Shown here piece after piece: positions 44,613-56,520 of a stretch of DNA of 64,000 nt. Numbering within the stretch: the first letter of the stretch is position 1; each line of letters starts with the position of its first letter. This DNA is from Prionailurus viverrinus (taxonomy: Eukaryota): the NCBI RefSeq assembly GCF_022837055.1, contig NC_062566.1:66862464-66926463 (forward strand), written 5' to 3'. Made by a program: the position numbers and the translations under genes. Below the pieces are notes generated by a model. That model made no database searches and was not told where the DNA came from. It saw nothing but the letters and a program-made list of their open reading frames with translations.

Positions 44613-44774
44613 TGGAGGGAGGGGGCGCCGGTGGGGGCGTCTCTTGGCCCGGTGCTTCCAAGGGTTGTACTTAGCCAGCTGGTACTCATCAAACTGGGCA
44701 AATTTGTCAGTCATAGCTGCACGCAGGCAGGCAGGCAGGGGCACCAGCTTGTCCTCCTCTCCTTTAGCCAGGTC
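44613..44774 (-). CDS. TEP1: TEP1 coding exon 5
   Basis: acceptor ctgatag|G; DLAKGEEDKLVPLPACLRAAMTDKFAQFDEYQLAKYNPWKHRAKRRPHRRPLPP; donor CCA|gtcagt chosen to keep frame (3' end less certain); ORF 44400..44744. Confidence 0.7.
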
Positions 44775-45167
44775 CTATCAGAGAGGGAGGAGAGGCCATC
44801 AGAAGTGAGACACAAACCAACCCTCTAAAACAGGGCAAGACCACTTCATGGGGTTAAGTGAGAGCACATAATACGAAGGTGGTCCCAAGCCCCAGCTCTA
44901 AAGTGACAACTTCTATGATACTAGGCCAGTCATAAACACGAAGTCCAGAATGAGACCAATTTTTCTCAAACTGCGGTCCAGCCCTTCTCAATCATCTTCC
45001 CCCTGTTGGGCAACCCAACCCAGTCCAGGGAGAAGCTGTCCTGCCTGGGCTGTAGGGTTGAAGACAGCTAAAGGAAGGTAAAATGGCTGAGAATTTTCTA
45101 TAGGGATGCAATGAGCAAAGGAGAAGGAACCAGTAAGAGCCAAAGCTCAGGAAACTGAATGCCATAC

Positions 45168-45329
45168 CTGGTAGAACTCAGCTACCTGGATCCAATCAGA
45201 AGGCAGCTGGACAATGGCACAGAAATATCGTCGCAGGTGAGGGCGGCAGACGGGCAAGAAGGCAGCAATGGCTAACATTTTGTTGGCCACATCCCGGATG
45301 TTCAGCTGCTGCCTAGTGTACAGACATGC
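45168..45329 (-). CDS. TEP1: TEP1 coding exon 4 (TROVE region)
   Basis: acceptor gccctag|G, donor CAG|gtatgg; ACLYTRQQLNIRDVANKMLAIAAFLPVCRPHLRRYFCAIVQLPSDWIQVAEFYQ. Confidence 0.8.
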
Positions 45330-46068
45330 CTAGGGCACAGGGTGGGGAAGGCAGGCATCTTGGCCTCTTGTCCCACAACGTCATGCCCAAAACTAACTTG
45401 TGACCCTAATCTGCCTTCATAAAACCTTTCCTGAGCCCTTTACATGGTCCAAGCCTCTGGGCTTGGCATTCTACATCTCCATAATCTAGACCTTACCCAC
45501 CTTTGCAGCATGGCTTCTTTGGAGTCTACTGATCACCTCCCAAGTCAACCAGGCACTTAAAAGGCTTCCCACCATCAAGTTCTATGGAAATTTTACCCAG
45601 GGTTGAAACTGCTGATTAAACCTGATGTCTTCCAAAGCCTCGTAGAAAAACACATTTTCCCCCTCTCCTCTGCTTCTGAAGCATTCACTACCTATTACTC
45701 CATTTGCATTTATATAATACTTGGTAGTGTTCGGCTTCCCTAACAATATCATAAGCTCCTTAAGAGCCAGATTCAAGTTTAATTACATCTGTTAGAATGA
45801 CCCTCAAGGCATAGCACTGTGTACTTAGCCTGTGTACTTACTAAACAAATGAACCCTAGTATACTCTTTCCCAAACTCATCCTCCCCTGCTCCTCAGAGA
45901 ACCCCAGGGACTAGCCCGCAGACTCACCCAAAGATCATCTTCCCTTCCCAAGTGAACTTCCTCCTTTCCACCCCTGGTACCAAGCTGGCCACCGACCCAT
46001 CACACACCATGGCCACAGTTCCCACCTCCCCGCTTCCCGCTCCCATCTTCTCCCTCACAGCACAGTAC

Positions 46069-46203
46069 CTTGAGGATGAACTCAGGCTCCAAGGGGGCAA
46101 GTTCACTACAGATTTCGAAGAGGGACACCGAGGTAGGGTCATGTGCATCTTTTATGTTTACATTTGATGCCAGCGTGGAGCACAGCAAGCTCATGAGAAC
46201 CAT
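46069..46203 (-). CDS. TEP1: TEP1 coding exon 3
   Basis: acceptor gattctcag|A, donor AAG|gtactg; MVLMSLLCSTLASNVNIKDAHDPTSVSLFEICSELAPLEPEFILK; ORF 46000..46323. Confidence 0.85.
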
Positions 46204-46501
46204 CTGAGAATCAGGAAAGAGAGGGGAGAAAGGAAAAAAGAGGGAATGAGCACCCACACAGGCTAACTTAGGAAATCTAGAACAGAGAGAAACAACTCCA
46301 CATTCAGGAAGATGTTTGTCCAACTGAGAGGTTTGAAAAGGGGATTAGGGAGTGAGAAATAAGAGCTGAGCAATGCCCCCTCTCTTTCCCCTTCCATCTG
46401 TGGAGGGGATCTGGCTCGGCCTTTGGTCACCACCCCTCCCATGCCACCCCACACCTTCCCCTCCACCACCATCAACTTCTCCCCAGCTCTGGAACTGTTA
46501 C

Positions 46502-46684
46502 CTTCTTTTCCTTAATGGCCTGGTCAGTGGGCTCAGAACAAGATCCAGAGTCCCCAGCAGTGAGCTTCAGGACCGGCTCCTCCACTTTCTCCTCCTCTCC
46601 CAAGCTTAGATTATAAAAAGGCATTTGAACCTCTGCCTGTTCCTTCTCTTCTGGCATTTTCTCTTCTGAAGAGGAACAATGATC
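46502..46684 (-). CDS. TEP1: TEP1 coding exon 2
   Basis: acceptor tccccag|G, donor AAG|gtcact (weak); DHCSSSEEKMPEEKEQAEVQMPFYNLSLGEEEKVEEPVLKLTAGDS...QAIKEKK; ORF 46472..46792. Confidence 0.8.
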
Positions 46685-47257
46685 CTGGGGATAGTGGCAC
46701 TTGTTAATCACAGCATGCACCCACAGTCCCTCAAAGACTGATCTGAAGGCAGCTCCCAGGGACAGGAAGATTCTACATCTATCTTCTATCATCTAAACTC
46801 CTCCCCCTCTCCCTTTACTCCCCAGCACGGATCTGTCTTGGCTGAGGTAGTGACCCCTCACTGTTACACACACCATCTTTCCTGACTCAAGCTTCTGATG
46901 CTTTGGGATCTCCCCCTGCTTTCTTCTCCTTGTTGATGCCACAGCTTAGGAGCCTGGGGCCCTTCACAACATACCTCCTAGGATACTATTAAGGTATTTT
47001 GCATTCAGAAGAAAAAGGGCCAAGTCCCAGATCAATCCCCCAGCAACCTTGAGCTGCTTGACCTCGGAGCCTCAGCTTTTTCATTCCCTACCACCACCTA
47101 CCTGATGACGCCATTAGATTAAATGGGATAATATATGTACGGCTCTTTGCAAATTGCAAAGCCTCAAATAAATGTAAGATGGCAACAGTAATCCTGAAAA
47201 TGACTCTATGAAGTAGATTTTCATTGACCGTATTTTTTAAATAAATTAAGTAATTAA

Positions 47258-47440
47258 TTTTTTTGAGAGAGTGCGTGCAAATGGGGGAGAAGGACAGAGG
47301 GAGAGAGTGAGAGAATCCCAAGCAGGCTCCATGCTCAGTGTGGATCTTCAGGTGGGGCTCTATCCCACGACCCCGATCTCACAACCCAAGCCAAAATCAA
47401 GTGTTGGACGCTCAACTGACTGAGCCACCCAGGAACCCCT
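47258..47440 (-). mobile_element. Can-SINE in a TEP1 intron
   Basis: ...cccaagccaaaatcaagtgttggacgctcaactgactgagccacccaggaacccc. Confidence 0.8.
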
Positions 47441-48009
47441 CATTGAACGCATTTTAAAGAGGAAGAAATTAAAGCTTCAAAAAGTTAAATCTTGGCCAAA
47501 GTTGTATGGCTTGTAATTGGCAGAGATAGTATAGCCTTTGCCTCAGTCTGAATCCCAAGTCCAAACAGAAGGAATATGTGTTTATCTACTGATTCTGCCC
47601 TGTATGTTAAATGTGCTTGTATAGACGTGTACAAGTGGATGTACCTTTACACATATACATACAGGAAAGTGGACCCCGGTATAGCAGATGTGCCTCATGC
47701 CTGATGTAAAATCTCAAAAGCACTTAATTGACTGTTCCTACAATATCACTACCTCTCCTCCTGAGCAGAGGCTTTCTCAGGACTGAGCCTGTTTTGGCTC
47801 TGTTGTCTAGAATATCTGAACCAGATATGCAATAAAACTAATGATGCTGAATAACACAGCCCAAGGGTAAAGGTCACCTCAGGAAGAGGCTCTGAGGGCA
47901 GAAGGTACACAGGCACAGAGCAGCACAGAGGGAAACTGGCATCAAAATCTAGGGACTACAGCATCCAACAGACATGGGTGGATTCAACATGAGTGCCTGG
48001 AGCTATTAC

Positions 48010-48597
48010 CAAAGCTGTTTCAGGAGATCTCTCTGTGGCAGAGATGGATTTAAAGGCCCCGGGACAGGTCAGATGGCCTAGCCCCTCAGAGAGGCACTGG
48101 GCCCTCCAGGTTGGAGGCTCAGAGGGCAGGCAGTTGCTGATGTTCAGGCTACGATCAGCTTTCACCAAATCAGCTCTCTGGAGACAGTGGAGCAAGGGGC
48201 TGGCATACACAGTACTTTTTAGAATGGGGAGTGTGGCCAGGCACTGATTCTCCAAGGAGAGGACGTCTGGGTGGGGAGACACATGCCCATGTGGTTTCTC
48301 CATGGTCTTCAGGTCAGGAAGTGTGGCCAGGCACCGGTTTTCTAAGGAGAGGATGTCTGGGTGGGCAGACACATGCCCATGTGGTTTCTCCATGGTCTTC
48401 AGGTCAGGAAGTGTGGCCAGGCACCGGTTTTCTAAGGAGAGGATGTCTGGGTGGGCAGACACATGCCCATGTGGTTTCTCCATGGGCTGCAGGTCAGGGA
48501 GTGTGGCCAGGCACCGGTTCTCCAAGGACAGAATGTCCAGGTGGGTAGACACATGTCGATGGAGTTTCTCCATAGCTGGAGCCCAACCAGTATATGC
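48010..48597 (-). CDS. TEP1: TEP1 first coding exon (coding exon 1; ATG at 48573-48571; 24 nt of 5'UTR 48574-48597)
   Basis: acceptor tttctttccttctag|G 24 nt upstream of ATG; ORF 47956..48573 MEKLHRHVSTHLDILSLENRCLATLPDLQP... with four 30-aa TEP1 N-terminal repeats; donor TTG|gtaata after ...SISATERSPETAL. Confidence 0.85.
48190..48560 (-). repeat. TEP1: Intragenic 90-bp tandem repeat (about 4 copies) encoding the TEP1 N-terminal 30-aa repeats
   Basis: period-90 repeat (ggtttctccatggtcttcaggtcaggaagtgtggccaggcaccggttttctaaggagaggatgtctgggtgggcagacacatgcccatgt...) translating on the - strand to MEKPHGHVSAHPDILSLENRCLATLPDLKT x4. Confidence 0.85.
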
Positions 48598-48667
48598 CTA
48601 GAAGGAAAGAAAGACAGGTGATGAGCTCCTAGCTGCACTGGAGTGCATCTGCACCGGGAGTATGTCT

Positions 48668-48908
48668 TTTCTTTTTTTTTTTTTTTTTAATTTTTTTTTT
48701 CAACGTTTTTTATTTATTTTTGGGACAGAGAGAGACAGAGCATGAACGGGGGAGGGGCAGAGAGAGAGGGAGACACAGAATCGGAAACAGGCTCCAGGCT
48801 CCGAGCCATCAGCCCAGAGCCTGACACGGGGCTCGAACTCACAGACCGTGAGATCGTGACCTGGCTGAAGTCGGACGCTTAACTGACTGCGCCACCCAGG
48901 CGCCCCAT
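48668..48908 (-). mobile_element. Young Can-SINE 95 bp upstream of the TEP1 ATG (inside putative intron 1), with about 20-bp TSD
   Basis: rc of ggggcgcctgggtggcgcagtcagttaagcgtccgacttcagccaggtcacgatctcacggtctgtgagttcgagccccgtgtcaggctctgggctgatggctcggagcc...; TSD caccgg(g/a)agtatgtcttttc. Confidence 0.9.
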
Positions 48909-51699
48909 GCACCGGAAGTATGTCTTTTCAATAGTCCTCCTGGTAATGCCAGTGATGTATAGGCAGAGAACAACCAAGGACTGGGTTCATTCTAAGGATG
49001 CATTCAGAGAATATTATACAGAGAGAATACAAGGAGTACTCTGAGTGAGAAGAGTAGGGAAAAGGTAAGGCAGTAGCTTAAGAGCAGGTAAGTTTAAAAA
49101 AAAAAATGTCTGGAGATGAAAAGGACATGTCTTCTCATGAAAGAGCCCCTTACAGCTTGAGTGTGATCCCAGCTAAATATAGGGATCACACTCATAATCT
49201 GGACTCTAGATTCTTAGCTCTAGAGGAACAAACGTTTTGATCAAGATGTCTATATTCACCAACCTCAACTTCCTTGCCTCCTACTCACTGTTCAACCAAC
49301 TAAATGGGATCCTGTGGCCCCATTCCTCCAAAGCTATGCTATTGGTTAACCAATGGAATCCTTGTTACTACAAGAACAGACACATCTTGGCCCTTATCTT
49401 ACTTCAGCTCTCAAGCAGAATATGACCCTGTTGCTTACTCTGTCATTAAAACTCTCCTTTCCTCTGGCTGCCTTGGTGCTACTGTCCTGGTTGTCTTCTT
49501 ACATCTCTGATCTCCTCCTTATGAAGATCCTTTCTCTGCCATCCCCTGAATGGTGAAGCTCCTTAGAATTCTATTCTAATCCTTCTATATATTTTCCGAG
49601 GGTAGTCTCACCTACTCTGGCTCCATATAACATTTTCATGCTGGCAACTCATAAATTCATTCCTTGATCTAGATCTCATCTGAGTTTCATATCCATTTAT
49701 CCATTTGCCTGCTGGACATCTCTATTTGGATGACTCAAAGGTACCCAAAACTCCAGACCCCAAATGTATCACCTTTCTCCCACTCATCCCCATATCCAAT
49801 CCCTCTCCTTTTCCCCCCCTCTGCTTACAGGGGTATGGAGTGAAATAGACTTGAGTTTGAATCCTGATGGAACCCTGAATCTACTTGGGCTAGTTACTTA
49901 AACTCTCCGTGCCTCAGTCTCCTCATCTACAAAAACTGAGCTAAATGCCTACCTCACAGAGTTATTATGGCAATAAATAAAAAATATTAAGCATTTAGAG
50001 CAGTGCCTGGTAATTAGTAAGTGTTCAATAAATGGAAGCTTTTATTATTTGTTATTATCATCATCCAGTAAGCTACTAAATCCTATTGATTCTACTCCCT
50101 CAGTGTCTGTCAAATCTATCTAATTCTCTCCATTCTACCCACCACCTTTGCTGAAACCCTCCTAGCTACATGGCACACAATATGTAGATCTGTCTAAAGG
50201 AGCTCCTCAGTACATACCCCAGCCATTATTTACTACGTCACCTTGTTTATTTTACCATGAATAAAAAGTGATTTTGTTTGCTTACATGTCTACTTGTACA
50301 CTGTTTCTCCTTACTAAAATAAAACTCCCTGAGGGTCAAGGAGCTCCTCTTTCTTGTTCACATCTGCATAGCCAGCATCGTACACATAACCTGGCTTCTG
50401 ATGCTCTCCCAGCCTCATCTCTTACTGCTACTCACATCTAAGCTGCAACCATACAAACTCTTTTAAGCTTATGAATTGCCCAGGTATCTCTTGACCTTGG
50501 ATCTTTACACAGGCAGACGCCTAAAACACTCTTCCTTGTGCCAAGACCACTCCCTTCCCCAGCCCCTCCTTTACCAGTCCAAATTCTACTTTCCTGTCAC
50601 TCTGCAGGCCTCAATCTAATAGTTCGTCTAAGGAACCTTTGCTGACAGCCAGCGCCGTCTGATGTCGATAGCTCTATGTTCTCACAACAGCAAACTTTCT
50701 CTATCATAGATACATCCTTATATTGTAATTGCCTGTTTGTCTTCCCCCCTACTAGACTATAAGTTCCTGAGGACAGAGACCCCTTTAGCCTTGTTCACCA
50801 TTGTTTCTACAATGCCTAGTCAGTGGGATTCAGAGGCTTTTGAGAATCTAGTGAAAGCTATGTAGATTTTTCACAGAAAAACATGAGTATATTCTATTTT
50901 GCACTTAACTGTCAGGGAGCCCATTCATGGATCTCCTAGAATCCCCATTAACAGCAATTTTAAAACCTCTGCCTGAGAAAATGCTTGAATTTATACCATT
51001 ACGCGTGTATTTGCTTACTTATTTGGACAAGTGCTTATCTCCTATTTACATTTAAGTACTTTAGGAATAAGTATGCTGTTAAGTGTATCACTTAGATCTT
51101 AATATACAAGAGCTTAGGGACAGGAATGCAGAATACTTCCAAGACTTGAAGGGATTGTCAAACCAGAACTAGAAAAGACAGTGATATCTCACCAGATACC
51201 AGTGTGAGCAAATCATATCAAGAATGTCGGCCTCTGTGCCCTGCACACTTCCGTCATGTCTTTGCATTATATAAGCCCCTAGGGAAAGGAGTGGGGGAAT
51301 CTCGGAACTGACTCAAGATTGAAAACAAACAAACAAAAAACTTACAATAAAAAGTAAGTTAAAAGAAAAATAGAGTTAAATATTTTTTGCACCCTGGAGT
51401 TTGTGACAGGAATTCAGCTGGACTACCAATGAAAAGTAAAATCCCATCTCTAGCTCCGTTCTCCAGAGATCACCACGGCTAACAGTTTGCACGGTTTCAG
51501 ACACTTTTCTATGCATATACAAATACATGTTTCTCCATCCCCCCCACCCGCCCCTTTTCTTCTTCCTGTCCACAAACAGGAGCATTTTCCACACTTAGTG
51601 TGTCTTGGAGACCTTGCCATGTTAACACATGAATACCCACTTTTAAGTTGGCTGCCAGTCTCTCCTGTTCCAGCACACCTCCTTATTAGAGGCAGTGCT

Positions 51700-52330
51700 C
51701 GCACCACCTACGGTTCACTAGCGGCAGCTACTCTCCCTTCCGAGGAGCACTCGGGGCGGAGTGAAGACTCATCTCACCTGGTCTCTTCCCCGGGCCTTCC
51801 ATCCCCTGCCCCTCCCTCCTCCTCATGGTCCCAGCCGGCTCTCCCACTTCCCTTTCACACCCACAACCCCTCCCCGAATTCCGGGAGGGCGCGGCGGGCA
51901 GACTCCCCCCGCGTCGGCGCAGGCCCTCCGCGCTCCCGGGCGCTTCGTAAGTGGCGGCGCTGGGCCCTTCCCGCCGGCTTCCGGCGGCCGAGCCCAGCCC
52001 GGGGTCCCAGGGCCCGGGCCGGCTTCTACCTGCGCCTGGACCGCCCCCGGAGCCAGTGGGGCCGGAGACCCTGGCTGTCGGACGCGGGGCCTCTCGGTTC
52101 TTGGCGGCCGGAAGCGGGAGCTGGGCTCTTGGCTCCACTGCTGGGAGGAGTGGAAGCCGGAGGAGGAGCTGGCGGGGAGCGGGGAGGGAAAGCGTCCTGG
52201 CGGGGTGTGGCCGCCCTGGCGCAGGCCTGCGAGCCCAGCGCCGCTGGGAAGTGAGGTGCCCGTAGGGGATCTGAACACGTGAAGGACCCTGCAGCCTTCT
52301 CTGGGACCCGAGTTTACCAACCCCAACCCC
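51700..52330. promoter_or_regulatory. TEP1: CpG island; putative TEP1 promoter with noncoding exon 1 (minus-strand donor CAG|gtgaga at about 51772-51780)
   Basis: about 600 bp of >70% GC with dense CpG (gcgtcggcgcaggccctccgcgctcccgggcgcttcg...), 3.2 kb upstream of the TEP1 ATG; the coding exon has an acceptor 24 nt before ATG, so an upstream noncoding exon is required. Confidence 0.55.
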
Positions 52331-53185
52331 ACCCCCATTTCCTGGTTCATTTTCTCCTGACCAAATCCCAGTTTCGCTAAATTTCCTCTCCTTTCTCCTG
52401 TTACATCTTCAAACTCCGTTTCCTGGGAAGGATTTTGGCATGTTCTCTGCCTATCTGGACTCCTTTTCTCTTGGTATCAAAGAGAGTTGGACTCAATTCA
52501 TCGTAAAGTTACTTGGTGAAAATGGAAATAAAAGGTGAGGGAAAGTCTAAAGGCAATGAATGACCTGTAACCAGATATAGATATGGAATAATTAAGGCAG
52601 AGTGAACTGATAGCGTGCCAATGTCCATCTGAGAGAGATCCGTGGATTACAAAGAATCTATTTGGAACCATCCTGAAAGGCTAAGCAGAACTCTTCCCAG
52701 AAGGTGGAGCCAGGGGGAGGAAAGAGACAGTGACCTCTAGGATGCTAATTATAGGGCCATTTCATAAAGAGCAGAGCCAAACAGATAATAACAGAAGAAA
52801 TATGTTTACATTGGGTAAGACAGATTATCTGTCTTCTGGAAGATATCCCCTTCTTTAGGGAGGTACCCTTCATTCTCAGACAAACACCTGAGCTTCAGCT
52901 CAGATTTGGGTGCCCCCAAATCCTATCTTCTCAATTTATTGAGCCAGATTCGTTTCTTTCCTTAGATGCTTCCCTTACTACCTACCCTAGCAGTCCCAAC
53001 ACTCCCTTCTTATAACAAATGTTTCTATGCCCCCTTTATAACTCTGAACTACAATTTATAAATAATGTATTATACCTACATAAACAATTTTAAAATTTAT
53101 AAAATGTCTAAAGAGATATAAAAGGGTAAAAGGAAGATGATTTTTTATATAACACTATGTGTTTATGTATGTAAATGTTTGGGAG

Positions 53186-53412
53186 GGCCCTGCTTGGCTC
53201 AGTCCGTTAGGCATCTGACTCTTGATTTTGGCTCAGGTCATAATCTCGTGGTTCATGAGACAGAGCCCTGTGGCAGGCTCTGCACTGTCAGCAAGGAGCC
53301 TACTTGGGATTCTCTCTCCCTCTTTCTCTGTCCCACCCCTGCTCATGTGCACACATTCTCTCTCTTTCTCTCTCTTTTTCTCTCTCAATAAATAAATAAA
53401 CTTAAAAAACAT
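53186..53412 (+). mobile_element. Can-SINE, intergenic
   Basis: gggagggccctgcttggctcagtccgttaggcatctgactcttgattttggctcaggtcataatctcgtggttcatgagacagagccc...caataaataaataaac. Confidence 0.8.
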
Positions 53413-55692
53413 GTTTGGGCACAATATTCAAGAAGACACAATATAGTCCTCAGATGCATGCAGCTCTATATAGAATCACCTTGAATGTAACAGCCACAAC
53501 TCTAGCATGATATGGGAATGTTATGATGGTGATTCAAATACCATGAATAAAGGTGCTGATGTGGCATGATTTTCCAAAATGACAAATAATCTCTGGCAAA
53601 TTTTTGAACAAAACAAGGCGTGATCATCCCATGATATTTATAGCAGTGGCACTCCCGGAAAGTTCAGGATATATTAAACCAAATATGAAATGCCTGTATT
53701 TATATTTAAAATAAATTCAGGTCCTAATTTCAATGGCTTTTCAACTACACAAATGACTGGCAAGTCATTCAAAGTTGTCAGTGACGCAGGCATGTTCCTC
53801 ATTATGTGGGAGGGCCCTGCACAGTTGCTGAATGTCTACCAATCTTGGCTAGATGTTAATCCTACTCATTAAATGTCTATGGATAACTCTAATGATTATG
53901 AGAGCAAAAAAAGCTTCCATGAATTCCTGAACCCACCCCCTAGGCACGTTACTGCCCATTGGAGGTCTGCCTATAGGGGAAGGGGAGGAGTTTGGTGAAA
54001 GAACACAGATCTAGGGAACCCCCGAGAAAGAGGCTCTGCAAGGAGACAGGAGTGGTGGCATATCTAGAAGATGGAAGGAAGAAGAGTCTACCCAAGACTT
54101 CCTTCTGAAGGCCTAAATCTACAAGACCTCTTCCCCTTGGAATAAGGGAGGTACTGTAGGTAATTGTCCCAACCTCAAGGTGTCCTCCTCTGTAGCTCTC
54201 TGTAGGAAATGTCTGCCTGCCCTACCGGTGAAAGAACAGCACATGCAAGCCCTTCCAGCTTAGTCCAATGAGCACTGAAGCCTCAGATCTGAGGACACTA
54301 GGGATGCAGGAAGAATAGCAACTGGGGACTACCACTTCCTAATTTACTACAAAGATCTAGAGTTTACTTTCTGATTAGTTGCAGCAGCAAAGGAATTCAA
54401 GGCCAGCAAAGCCTAAACACTGGAACCACTGGAGATCTTTTAAAAATTCCCAATCCCAGGCCACACCCTAGACTAATTAAATCACAGTCTCCAGAGTAGG
54501 ACCCGGGCATCAGTAGTTTTTGAAGCTCCCTCAATGATACTAATGTGCAGACAAGTTTGGGAACCTCTGCCCCAGGGTCTTGCTAATTTAACAGTGGGCT
54601 GTGGACCACCAGCAGCAGCAGCACCTTGTTAGAAATGCAAACTCTTGGCCTACATCCCTGATCTGTGAATCACAAACTATAATTTAACAAGATTCCCAGA
54701 TTATTCCCACTCACACTGAACTTTGAGAAGCACTAATCTTAATAAGAGGAGTGCACCCTTAATAGCATTTCCAAATGCTGGGGACCAAGCCTAGCGACTG
54801 GTGTTTTAACAGGTTCTTTGGGCAATTTTGATATATGCTGAAGTTTAGTAACCCCTGATTAAAACTAGGATTGTTGCTTACCATCCTCCATTACCCACCC
54901 CCCACCTTGAAAATTTCTGATTCAGTAGATCTGGGATAGGACCCCAGAATTTGTATTTCTAACAAGTATTGCTCAGGTAATATTGATTCTGATCCCTGAT
55001 CCCAGGACCACATTTTGGAAACCACTGGTCTAAAGTGATTCCCCAAAGAGATAGTCACTACCTACCCCAGTGAAGCTTAATAAGGAATGCCCTTTGCCAC
55101 ATCTGAATTTCATATATATATATTTCATATATATATATTTCATATATATTGGGCCCAATTTGATTCCATCTCAGAGAGCCACTGACTGATCCCTAAAGGA
55201 TATTTCAGCTGGACTTCGAGGGAGCCAGATAAACTCTCTCTGCGTTGCAACAGAGAAAATCTCTCAACTGGCAAAAAGTTTACAAAGTCCAAGTTTAGCT
55301 TTTCTTTCAGATGGACAATGCTAAAGGCATCTTGCCAATATTTGTTCTTTTGAGTTCTGCTTTTCTAAATTAGCCACCCTCTTGAGGAGAAGCAACCTTT
55401 CTTCAGATTACTATCATTGATTAAAGCAGGGAGTGTTGCCAAACAAATAACTATACCAGAGCTGAGGAGGCATTGTGTTCTCCACTGTGTTAACTCTCAT
55501 AGACTGATCTTATTTGCCTCATTTCCTAGTTCTTAGAGGATACCACTCCATTTTTCCTTTATATCCAGCCTACACCACTAATTGCTCATCAGTGGCACTG
55601 AGCTACATGTCTAAGTGATGAGTGTGGTGTCCAGGCTGATTCCTTTCTGGGGTAAAGGAGCACTATCCTCCCAGCCCTCAGAAGTCCCTTTA

Positions 55693-55888
55693 TTTTTTTT
55701 AATGTTTATTTATTTTTGAGAGAGAGAGAGATGGGGGGTGGGGAGGGGCAGAGAGAGAGGAGGACAGAGGATCTGAAGCAGGCTCTGTGCTGACAGCAGT
55801 GAGTGGGGCTCAGATTCACAAACCATGGGATCACAACCTGAGCAGAAGTCTGACACTCAACTGACTGAGCCACCCAGGCACTCCTAGA
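55693..55888 (-). mobile_element. Can-SINE (older subfamily), intergenic
   Basis: ...catgggatcacaacctgagcagaagtctgacactcaactgactgagccacccaggcactcc. Confidence 0.8.
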
Positions 55889-56299
55889 AGCCCCTCTATT
55901 TAGGGCCTTACCACCTATGAATATTGCTCATCTCTTCTCGTCAGTTTTATTGCACATTTCTTGTCCTCCCTCGTTTTGATTCAACAAACACCTGTTCACT
56001 AATATAACATAATAAAGTGTCAACTACACTTCAATTAAAAATATTGTTTAACTTGTTAAGCATCTATCAAGTGCAAATGATAGCATGTAAATTGTATAAA
56101 ACATGAGTTCTTCTCAAGGCTTCATGGTCTCATGAAGGAGATAGATACATGCAGAAGTCACAAAAATACCAGGCAGATTATGAGAAATGCTACATTCCAC
56201 TAAGAAACAAACTATAGGGTTATGTGGGGAAGGGACTTTGAGCAATTACCTGGAGGGATAGGACTTTGAACTGGGAAGGGCAGGCCTCCGATAAGAATG

Positions 56300-56520
56300 T
56301 AAAGGCCAGCCTGAGTAGCTCAGTCTGTTAAGTGCACAACTCTTGCTTTGGCTCAGGTCATGATCCACCGAGCCCCTGGTGGAGCCCCAGTCACACTCAG
56401 TGTGGAGCCTACTTGGGATTGTATCTCTCCCTCTCTTTCTCTGCCCCTCCCCCACATGCGTGCATGTGCACTTTTTCTCTCTCTCTCTCTCAAAATAAAT
56501 AAACAAACCTTTAAAAAAAA
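56300..56520 (+). mobile_element. Can-SINE, intergenic
   Basis: gccagcctgagtagctcagtctgttaagtgcacaactcttgctttggctcaggtcatgatcc...caaaataaataaacaaacc. Confidence 0.8.

Larger units (their letters stand above)
11820..52250 (-). other. TEP1: TEP1 gene span (telomerase-associated protein 1 / vault TEP1): complete CDS in 53 coding exons plus putative noncoding exon 1 in CpG island
   Basis: 53 GT-AG exons on the - strand concatenate to one 7866-nt ORF (2621 aa), frame kept at every junction; contains 4 N-terminal 30-aa repeats, TROVE region, NACHT P-loop GQSGQGKT and C-terminal WD40 repeats; collinear with human TEP1 (from memory). Confidence 0.9.

Noticed and set aside
51487-52350. Several overlapping 100-255 aa ORFs on both strands (P/G/A/R-rich)
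   Set aside because: They lie in the CpG island, where >70% GC removes stop codons in all frames; compositional artefact, not protein-coding.
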